A stretch of DNA of 64,000 nt from Candidatus Parcubacteria bacterium (GTDB taxonomy: Bacteria; Patescibacteriota; Saccharimonadia; Saccharimonadales; 2-12-FULL-41-12), in assembly GCA_019347895.1 (NCBI GenBank), contig JAHWKM010000001.1:21924-85923 (forward strand), given 5' to 3'. A program made the position numbers and the translations under genes. How positions within the stretch are numbered: the stretch's first letter is position 1; the number at the start of each line of letters is the position of its first letter. Shown here in pieces: positions 50,082-57,684 of this stretch. The notes under the pieces were generated by a model. The model was not told where the DNA came from. It searched no databases and saw nothing but the letters and a program-made list of their open reading frames with translations.

Positions 50082-50476
50082 GTGAATATCAACTACAGCA
50101 ATGGTTTGCTGTCTATTTGCAGAGTCAAGGATTTACTGTTTATCAAGAAGTACCTTTTTTATCTCGATCAATTGATATTGTTGCGGAAAAAGATGACGTT
50201 ATTTTAGCCTATGAACTAAAACTTAACGATTGGCGTAAGGCAGTAGCGCAATCAAGCGACCATCTACATGGAGTCGATAGGTCATATGTGTGCATGCCCT
50301 TAAAGTCAAAGATCAATGAAGAATTGATTCACTTAATTCAGGCTAATGGACTTGGGCTTGTTGTTTTTAATATAGAAGCTCAGACTGTCGAGGAAATTAT
50401 TCCTGCCCTTGATTCCGGGTCAGTTTGGCAACCTGCGAGAAAGTGGTTAACTACGGGCATGGAGTTTGCGTTATGA
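50078..50476 (+). CDS. Small PD-(D/E)xK nuclease-fold protein
   Basis: E(3)...QEV...IDIV...YELK...AVAQ pattern. Confidence 0.7.
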   Translation: MSEYQLQQWFAVYLQSQGFTVYQEVPFLSRSIDIVAEKDDVILAYELKLNDWRKAVAQSSDHLHGVDRSYVCMPLKSKINEELIHLIQANGLGLVVFNIEAQTVEEIIPALDSGSVWQPARKWLTTGMEFAL

Positions 50477-51792
50477 GCGTTACACATTATTTACGATTTG
50501 GAACACACGCTGAGAGCAAGTACTTTCTTGGTAACGGTAAAGACATGTACGATTCGATTATTTTTAATGGTAATATGGTCGCCTATACACAATCAGCAAT
50601 TGCAGCATTCATCATAAATACTCACGAAAAAGGTTTCCTAATTGATCCACAGACACATGCATTTCAGCATGATCTAAGCTACTTAAAAAGTAAAAACTCA
50701 AAAGGCGAAGAGAAGATTAAGCAATCTATTCAGCAATTGGCAGATATGCTGGGGAATCCTGTATTAAGTAAGCTTGAATCGAGCCTCCCAGTAACACCTT
50801 CTGACTTTGGAGAGCAGCCGGTCATCGATGCCTTTGCGGAAAAAGTTATTAAGTTTCAAAGCAACATTATAGATACTGTTAAAGAACAAGATGATTGGAA
50901 GTATCTTAAATTTAAACTTAAGGACCAGAAGTCTTCAGAGCCTGCACCTTCTGGTCTTATAGCACCTTATTTCTATATGAGCGAAGTTTCATACGATAGA
51001 TGGCTAGATATAAATGTAAAGCTTATAAATGCTTCAATCGCTCATAGTGGAGAATCTGAACTCATGGCACAACTTGTCATTGCTAAAGATGTTTTAACTA
51101 GCCCTGAAGATCCTATAAGTAAAATAATCGAAGAGTATGGAAACAGTGAGGCAAAAGCTGTTTTAATATGGGTTGATCAATTTAACACTGTAAATGCTTC
51201 CAAAACGGAATTAGCAGCTTTTAGGAGACTTGCAGAAGGCCTAAAGTCTAAGGGCAAAAGAGTAATCGACTTATATGGCGGTTACTTCTCTGTTCTTTTA
51301 AGTAAGAAAGAAATTCTTGATGGTGTCTGTCATGGACTTGAATATGGTGAATCTAGGGCCGTAAAACCAGTAGGAGGCGGTATACCTATGGCTAAATATT
51401 ATTTCTACCCACTTCATTACAGGATGAGATTCACAGATTTTCTTACGGTTCATAAAGCTATGGGTTGGGGAGTAAGTAAGAAATCATTTAATTCAAAGGT
51501 TTGCTCTTGCGAGAATTGCGAAGATGGAGATATCCAAAAGTTCGGCATAACAACACCAGTTAGAATAAAACGAAAATCGGGAATTGTAACACTAAACTAT
51601 CCTACCCAAGAGACTAAAGACCGTAGTCTTATTCACTATTTGAATTGCAAAAGACGAGAATTCAAAACTGTTCAGTCAAAAAGTATTGACGAGCTAAAGA
51701 AAGAACTAATCGACTCCATCAATACATACGAGAATGTGCTAGGTATAGAGTCAGTTTCCCATCTAAATAGATGGAACGATACTTTGAGCTAA
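50473..51792 (+). CDS. TIM-barrel-like protein with TGT-type zinc motif (CxCxxC...H)
   Basis: True start at the ATGA overlap 50473; IDPQT, IAPYF, CSCENC...IHYL. Confidence 0.65.
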   Translation: MSVTHYLRFGTHAESKYFLGNGKDMYDSIIFNGNMVAYTQSAIAAFIINTHEKGFLIDPQTHAFQHDLSYLKSKNSKGEEKIKQSIQQLADMLGNPVLSKLESSLPVTPSDFGEQPVIDAFAEKVIKFQSNIIDTVKEQDDWKYLKFKLKDQKSSEPAPSGLIAPYFYMSEVSYDRWLDINVKLINASIAHSGESELMAQLVIAKDVLTSPEDPISKIIEEYGNSEAKAVLIWVDQFNTVNASKTELAAFRRLAEGLKSKGKRVIDLYGGYFSVLLSKKEILDGVCHGLEYGESRAVKPVGGGIPMAKYYFYPLHYRMRFTDFLTVHKAMGWGVSKKSFNSKVCSCENCEDGDIQKFGITTPVRIKRKSGIVTLNYPTQETKDRSLIHYLNCKRREFKTVQSKSIDELKKELIDSINTYENVLGIESVSHLNRWNDTLS

Positions 51793-51819
51793 GATTTAAA
51801 AATCTATTTTGATTACTAA

Positions 51820-52182
51820 CTAGGTTTTCGCTTCGTTTGTTCCTAAGATGATGTATTTTGAAAGTGACCTAATTCCCAAATATAAAAGATACAGAGTAAG
51901 ACCGGACAGTATTATAGTTGCAATTTCTTCCGTCAAGACATCGCTTGAATCACAAATTTGTGTTCCTTGATCAAGATTATATCTAAGCCGCTTTTGTGCC
52001 ATTGAAGTGCCAGTGGTTCGAGCGGGGTCGTTATCCGCATTACATTCACTAATACTTCTAACACTGCTATCCAATATAAATACAAACACTATGATCGCTA
52101 AAAGAATATAAATTACTTTTATAAATCGCCACTTGGCATTTTCTTCTAATTTCTTAGTATGGTTTTTCTTCGGCTTGTTCAT
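51820..52182 (-). CDS. Orphan 2-TM protein
   Basis: Two hydrophobic helices flanking a Cys-pair loop. Confidence 0.65.
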   Translation of the reverse strand: MNKPKKNHTKKLEENAKWRFIKVIYILLAIIVFVFILDSSVRSISECNADNDPARTTGTSMAQKRLRYNLDQGTQICDSSDVLTEEIATIILSGLTLYLLYLGIRSLSKYIILGTNEAKT

Positions 52183-52224
52183 GTGTTTAGTTGCCTTTTA
52201 AATTTATTAAAAACTGTGACTAAT

Positions 52225-52653
52225 TTATCGTATTTTACGAAGTAAAGAAGCAAAGACATTAGCTGTGCGTTTTCTTTTAACATCATATCCAAAATGCCCA
52301 AGCACCATAGCTGCTGCTGCCTCTTGCTTATCAACAAGTGCTTCTGCTTGTTCTTGTTGAAACGCTGATCCGTGAATTTCGTTGTGTCGCTTGTATATTA
52401 ATCCGTCGCCGACCAATCCCCTTACCAAGGAAGTTGCGAGTTTAGGTCCACCCGAGTTATCAGTTAGGGTAATTGGGCTAGTGATAACCCTTCCTACTGG
52501 TATCATCTCACCAGTCTCTGGCTCATCGTATGCTACTAGAATAGTATCTACTACACCTTCTTGGTGCATTCTTTGCACAGGAGGTATAACAGGGTAGAAT
52601 TTAGCTTCGACCCCAGCAGTGTTTGCTAAGCCTAAAGTATCGGCACCAATCAT
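52225..52653 (-). CDS. Orphan hypothetical protein
   Basis: TATAAT directly upstream; 142 aa. Confidence 0.65.
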   Translation of the reverse strand: MIGADTLGLANTAGVEAKFYPVIPPVQRMHQEGVVDTILVAYDEPETGEMIPVGRVITSPITLTDNSGGPKLATSLVRGLVGDGLIYKRHNEIHGSAFQQEQAEALVDKQEAAAAMVLGHFGYDVKRKRTANVFASLLRKIR

Positions 52654-52729
52654 ATTATGATTATAACATTATTGATGCTATATGTAAATTAACTTGTAAG
52701 TAAAATAATTTTACTGCCTTTTCCACGGA

Positions 52730-52871
52730 GTAGCGGGGGCAGGGCATCGCGTGCCTTTGGCGCACTCCTTCTTGCGATGCTCGGCAATAAAATGTAAACA
52801 CTTTATTGTCCTGCGCTTCTCATTCGCCGAACCTCCGGTTCGTGGCCAGCCTCGCTGCTATCGAAGATATG
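52730..52871. repeat. 142-bp structured repeat, copy 2
   Basis: Direct repeat of 48125-48266 with about 5 substitutions. Confidence 0.9.
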
Positions 52872-53036
52872 CAATTAAAACAATCGAAAAAATAGATGGG
52901 CAGGAATCCGTCGTCGGCTAAAGCCTCCTTTGGGATATGCCGCTGTCTTTCTCGAAGCAAGCTTCTGCGAGAGCCAGCCTGTTATCGAACCTGTGGTTCG
53001 CTGCGCTCTCGCATCAGGTTCGAGTCTGGCTCCGTA

Positions 53037-53075
53037 CATGAAAAAAGCCCCTAAAATATAGGGACTCTTTTCATG
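53037..53075 (-). terminator. Terminator hairpin downstream of tRNA-fMet
   Basis: catgaaaaaagcccct aaaatat agggactcttttcatg inverted repeat. Confidence 0.7.
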
Positions 53076-53148
53076 GTAGCGGGGGCAGGACTCGAACCTG
53101 CGACCTTGTGGTTATGAGCCACACGAGCTGCCGCTGCTCCACCCCGCG
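53074..53148 (-). tRNA. Initiator tRNA-fMet (CAU)
   Basis: CGCGGGGTGGAGCAGCGGCAGCTCGTGTGGCTCATAACCACAAGGTCGCAGGTTCGAGTCCTGCCCCCGCTACCA; C1xA72 mismatch. Confidence 0.93.
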
Positions 53149-53150
53149 TC

Positions 53151-53270
53151 GTCGTCACAGCTCAGCAACTTTCTTGCCAAACTAAGACGTGACTTATAGT
53201 TTGGCAGCCATGTTTACTGGCTGCTCCTCTCAATTTTACAAACAGCTGTGCTTGGTTTGCAAAATTGGTT
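53151..53270 (-). ncRNA. Candidate structured RNA leader of tRNA-fMet (copy 1)
   Basis: 115/120 identical to 55347-55466, with a compensatory change. Confidence 0.65.
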
Positions 53271-53355
53271 CTGGGCTGCATTAAATCTTCGTAAACCCAG
53301 GAACCGAAGTAACATCTTAGCAAACAGGGGTAGGATTGTCAATCTATCGCAAAAT

Positions 53356-53388
53356 AAATAGCCCGCGTTTTTACATGCGGACTATTTT
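53356..53388 (-). terminator. Terminator of the RRM gene
   Basis: aaatagcccgc...gcggactatttt hairpin. Confidence 0.65.
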
Positions 53389-53406
53389 GGCTTTAACCGT
53401 TACTGA

Positions 53407-53703
53407 TTAGTATCGGTTGCCGCCGCCGCCACCGAAACCGCCGCGGTTTTCGCGTGGTTTCATGGGGCGTGCTTCGTTGACGGTAATGCTGCGGCCGCCG
53501 ACATCGCTGCCGTTGGTAGCCTTTTCAGCTGCTTTACCTTCTTCGTCGTTTTCAAATTCGACGAAGCCGAAGCCTTTGCTGCGTCCAGTGTCGCGGTCAG
53601 TGATGACCTTGGCGCTGGCTACGCTGCCGTAAGCTGCAAACATTTGTTGCAACTCATCGTCATTGGTGGAAAATGGTAATCCACCTACGAATAGCTTGTA
53701 CAT
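53407..53703 (-). CDS. RRM (RNP-1) RNA-binding protein with Gly-rich tail
   Basis: LFVGGL (RNP2) and KGFGFVEF (RNP1). Confidence 0.95.
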   Translation of the reverse strand: MYKLFVGGLPFSTNDDELQQMFAAYGSVASAKVITDRDTGRSKGFGFVEFENDEEGKAAEKATNGSDVGGRSITVNEARPMKPRENRGGFGGGGGNRY

Positions 53704-54423
53704 GTGCTTGTTGTTTCCTTATTTTCTCTTATGACAATCGACCTAAAATCTACCTGACTTCCGACCTGACTGCAACTTGTCTATAAGAGAACCATTGAGC
53801 GATCTAGAAACATTTAAGATTCTGTATTGAGTATTGAATCACAAAAATGGCACGAGGTCAAAAGATATACACTTTTTTAGTTAACAAGACCATCTCGGTC
53901 GAGTGGCCGGGATGCCTAGTTCGCCAAAAGCGAACGGCTCAAAAGTCTACTACAGGGTTGACAAATCGTAATGCTTGTGTATAATGATAATTGGTTTTAC
54001 AAAAACAAAAAATATTAAAAATAAAAAGGATGACAGGTGGCAGATTATATATTAAGTCCAACAAAAGAAAAATCGTTGATTAAAATTGACAAAATTCTAG
54101 TAAAAATCTAAGCGTTAGCGCAAAACAGGTAGAAGAGAAGCTATTTGTTTTTGAGCCACCATAATCACGGCAATGTTTTACTGTTCAAGAATTCTTGCAC
54201 CAGCTTAACCAGCTGTTGGAGCTGGTCTTGAGTTGGCATTTCGGGGCCGCAGAATGTGGCGAGATTTGAGCAAACGCACGATGTTAAACTAGCTTTGCTA
54301 TTTCAACATCTAACTATAAAAAGTAAACCGCCAGTCGGCGGTTGACTATTTTCTGCGACCTCATTTCGGTTGCAATTTCAACTCTCGACCAAAAATAAAA
54401 CCACCATAAAAGGCGGCATGATT

Positions 54424-55278
54424 TTTGGTAGCAGTGCCTTTGACGAAATGGAACAGTATTAAGGCTGAACTAATAACCATGTGGGAGATGGTAAAACAAA
54501 TCAGGGAAGAGACCGCTGTTGCAGCTAATGAGTGTTATTCAATCGCTCTGGTATTATTGTCTTATGGTAGATAAACATGAAATCGTAGGCCAGCACGTTT
54601 CTACATCGCTCGTGTATGGCAAGGACCTAAATCCCCAGGATTTGGGAACGATAAATCTTAATAGGAAGATTGAATTTAATTCAGAACCTTTCCAACCTAC
54701 TCCAGATAATGAGAACTGGGATAAACCCTACTTTATGGTAAAAGATGGCGATGAATTGCTAGCTTTTGGACGTTTACACTCAGTTGGTGTTGAACTTCAG
54801 GGTATGCCGAGTGAAATTTTAGGTGTTGCGACCATTATTTCTATTCATAAAAGCGAGGGTCATGGCAGAACATTGATGGAATACATGAGGCAACACATCG
54901 AAGAAACAGGCATGACGGCTATTGGATTTTGTGGTCAACACAATTCGGAATTTTATAGGAAATGTGGTTTCTCGATTCTTCCAAAAGGTACACATCGATT
55001 CACATTTCTGAATGATAAAGGCGAGATAGCAAAGCCGCACTATCCAGATAGTGATGTTCTGTATATTGACGGAAATGACCACTTAATTGAAACGCTAGTC
55101 GCAAATCCGACAGAGAGTATTACCGCGTACAGACCCGCTTGGTAGGTTGAGTAAAATAGTAGTTTGTAATACCTCAACAGCTTTATTTATACTTATTTTT
55201 GAAGCTTTGGCGCTTGGTGCCAGATATATCTAACTTTTCACATAATCTAATGATTAAAATGCTTATGTTTGGTAGCAG
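54424..55278. mobile_element. Mini-island at the tRNA-Met 3' end carrying one GNAT gene
   Basis: 11-bp direct repeat tttggtagcag at 54424-54434 and 55268-55278. Confidence 0.65.
54564..55145 (+). CDS. GNAT family acetyltransferase
   Basis: HKSEGHGRTLM (motif A) and FYRKCGF. Confidence 0.85.
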   Translation: MVDKHEIVGQHVSTSLVYGKDLNPQDLGTINLNRKIEFNSEPFQPTPDNENWDKPYFMVKDGDELLAFGRLHSVGVELQGMPSEILGVATIISIHKSEGHGRTLMEYMRQHIEETGMTAIGFCGQHNSEFYRKCGFSILPKGTHRFTFLNDKGEIAKPHYPDSDVLYIDGNDHLIETLVANPTESITAYRPAW

Positions 55279-55346
55279 GGGCGAGATTTGAACTCGCGAC
55301 CTCAGGCTTATGAGTCCTGCGCTCTAACCAACTGAGCTACCCTGCC
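55270..55346 (-). tRNA. Elongator tRNA-Met (CAU)
   Basis: GGCAGGGTAGCTCAGTTGGTTAGAGCGCAGGACTCATAAGCCTGAGGTCGCGAGTTCAAATCTCGCCCCTGCTACCA. Confidence 0.92.
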
Positions 55347-55466
55347 GTCGTCACAGCTCAGCAACTTTCTTGGCAAACTAAGACGTAACTTATAGTTTGC
55401 CAGCCATGTTTGCTGACTGCTCCTCTCAATTTTACAAACAGCTGTGCTTGGTTTGCAAAATTGGTT
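55347..55466 (-). ncRNA. Candidate structured RNA leader of tRNA-Met (copy 2)
   Basis: Abuts tRNA position +1; see copy 1. Confidence 0.65.
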
Positions 55467-55538
55467 TGTGAAAACAGAGGTAAATAATAGCATATTTTAT
55501 GATCGTTATCTATGGCTTGCACTTGATATACTAAAGCA

Positions 55539-55988
55539 ATGAAGCTTAAGCATTTCGATAGCCGGATGATAAGTTTTTTTAACAGAGCTTTCATACCTTT
55601 GGCCAGACTTGCTTTTTTTGTTGTCTTTTTTTGGTTTGGATTTATCAAGCTTGTCGGTGCCAGTCCGGCCAGTCCGTTAGCCGAGGCTTTAGTAGCAAAA
55701 ACCGTTGGTATTGAGTGGTTTGATATTTTGTTTATAACTTTAGCCTTGATGGAATGCCTGATCGGGGTTTTGTTTTTAATTCCAAGGGCCGTTCGGCTGA
55801 CAATTTTGCTGCTATTCGTCCATATCTTGATCGTCAGTTCGCCGCTGTTATTACTGCCGGGTTACACCTGGGAAAGCTTCCTAATCCCGACGCTGGAAGG
55901 GCAGTATATTATCAAAAACATAGTAGTAATAGCCCTGGCTTTCGGCATCGCCGCCAACACAAAACCCCTCAAACTTCCTAAACTTTAA
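55539..55988 (+). CDS. DoxX-like/DUF417-like membrane protein
   Basis: FFWFGFIK...SPA and TLEGQYIIKN motifs. Confidence 0.8.
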   Translation: MKLKHFDSRMISFFNRAFIPLARLAFFVVFFWFGFIKLVGASPASPLAEALVAKTVGIEWFDILFITLALMECLIGVLFLIPRAVRLTILLLFVHILIVSSPLLLLPGYTWESFLIPTLEGQYIIKNIVVIALAFGIAANTKPLKLPKL

Positions 55989-56397
55989 ACAGATTAGGTT
56001 TGGATTTTTTTAGTTCCTGCACTGGTAAGAATAAGGGCTTGGGATGCTCAGCCAGCTTGTACCAGCCTACATCAGTAAATTTATCGGACTCAATAGTTCT
56101 TGGTTCGCCGCTGGCCCAATCGCATACAACGAAAATAGTGATGCTGTGGTGATGTTCATTCTTAAAAACATTGTTTACTGTCGCCAGCAGTTTGATGTTC
56201 TTAATCTTGACGCCGGTTTCCTCAAGGACTTCACGGACCGCGCAGTCTTCAAAAGTTTCGCCAAATTCAAGGTGGCCGCCCGGCACCGACCAAGTGTTTC
56301 TCCCGTGTTCGCCAACTCTTTTGCCGAGTAGGTATTTGCCGTCTTTTTGAACTAAAACACCAATGCCGACAAATGGCCGCTTTGGCTTACTGGCCAT
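55978..56397 (-). CDS. NUDIX hydrolase (NUDT15/MutT-like)
   Basis: Nudix box GGHLEFGETFEDCAVREVLEETG. Confidence 0.93.
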   Translation of the reverse strand: MASKPKRPFVGIGVLVQKDGKYLLGKRVGEHGRNTWSVPGGHLEFGETFEDCAVREVLEETGVKIKNIKLLATVNNVFKNEHHHSITIFVVCDWASGEPRTIESDKFTDVGWYKLAEHPKPLFLPVQELKKSKPNLFKV

Positions 56398-56721
56398 ACT
56401 GGCCTGCTTTCGAGCAGAGCTCGAAACTCTGCCAATATTCTTGGCACATGATCCTTATTTTTAGCTCAAATACTCCCTTCACCGTACTTTTTGTACGGCT
56501 CGGTCCGCTTTTCCCCAATAAATAAGATCCTGCACTCAAACCAGAAACCCAAAATATCATTGGCGCGATATCCACCATTTTTTCAGATATGAAACCGTTA
56601 ATGTCGAAAGCACAAAACCGGCTGCCGCTAATATGGAGTTGGCTAGGGGATGATCGTCTTTGCTCATTAACTATAAGTTTACATAAATATAGCTGGAAAT
56701 ACTTGATATACTTAAACGCAA

Positions 56722-57672
56722 ATGAATTTAACCGATAAACAAGAATACGAATTACTGGCCGCAATCTCTGCAAGAGGCCAAATACCAGATAAATTTTATT
56801 ACCTTGACGGCGGCGAGAAATTATGGGACGCAGTGTATAAAGAGAGAAGCAGCCCTGGCGGAATGGCGAATTCTGAAATGAAGCTACTACTAAACCATCT
56901 CCCTAGCTTCATTCATCCCTTTAAAGGCAATAAGGGTATCAATTTGATTGATCTCGGATGCGGAAATGGCCAGCCTGCAATACCAATAATACAAGAATTA
57001 CAAAAACAAAATTTTGACGTTATATATATAGCAGTGGATATTAGTGAAGCAATGATGGATCTAGCAGAAAAAAATATTCTAAAACGCTTCCCGCAATTGA
57101 AAATCAAAAAGCTACTTATTGATTTTGAAAAGGAAAGCCTTACAGATGAATTAATTAATTTGAAATTAGCGTATAAATATCCTAGTCTGCTAATTAATCT
57201 CGGAAACACGCTCGGTAATTATGTAAATGTTTCCAGCGTGCTTACAAATTTTTTGGAATCAATGACTCTTGATGATTATTTGCTTGTTGGCAATGGAATC
57301 GCCAATGAATATAACCCGCAAAAAATTATGTCTTCTTATACAACCGCCGCCCACGACACTGTTACAAGACCCGCTAAACTGCTCGGTCTGTATAAGGATA
57401 AAGATATATTCCGATGGGTGTGGAATGATGAAAAAAAGCAGGTCGAAGCGAGAATTCAACTTCAAGGCGAAAGGCAGATTAATTTAGCTGGCCAGAAGAT
57501 AAATCTGGAAAAAAATGAAGAATTTATGGTTATGAAATCGGTTAAATACTCAGAAGCGACATTGACAAAACTTTTATCAGAAGTTGGTTTTCGCACGGAG
57601 TTACTAACCACAACTAAAGAGCGCAACGATATCTTAGCCTTAGTCCAACCAACTCGTTATACTGCTATATAA
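56722..57672 (+). CDS. EgtD-like SAM-dependent histidine N-methyltransferase family
   Basis: PDKFYY, IDLGCGNG, VDIS, GNTLGN and SVKYS motifs. Confidence 0.8.
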   Translation: MNLTDKQEYELLAAISARGQIPDKFYYLDGGEKLWDAVYKERSSPGGMANSEMKLLLNHLPSFIHPFKGNKGINLIDLGCGNGQPAIPIIQELQKQNFDVIYIAVDISEAMMDLAEKNILKRFPQLKIKKLLIDFEKESLTDELINLKLAYKYPSLLINLGNTLGNYVNVSSVLTNFLESMTLDDYLLVGNGIANEYNPQKIMSSYTTAAHDTVTRPAKLLGLYKDKDIFRWVWNDEKKQVEARIQLQGERQINLAGQKINLEKNEEFMVMKSVKYSEATLTKLLSEVGFRTELLTTTKERNDILALVQPTRYTAI

Positions 57673-57684
57673 TAGCGAAATTTG

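Larger units (their letters stand above)
48830..53080. mobile_element. Genomic island at the tRNA-fMet 3' end, no integrase retained
   Basis: tggtag at both ends (48830, 53074); displaced terminator module left of 48830; AT-rich cargo. Confidence 0.65.

Noticed and set aside
50425-50472. Track start of the 455-aa ORF
   Set aside because: ATG at 50473 has GGAG upstream and the operon's ATGA overlap, so it is the better start
47578-53148. CRISPR array interpretation of the repeats
   Set aside because: Repeats are 142 bp and spaced by whole genes; no short regular repeat-spacer units and no cas genes anywhere in the window
56387-56773. 128-aa minus-strand ORF upstream of the NUDIX gene
   Set aside because: Overlaps the methyltransferase start and has no motif; at most a decayed fragment
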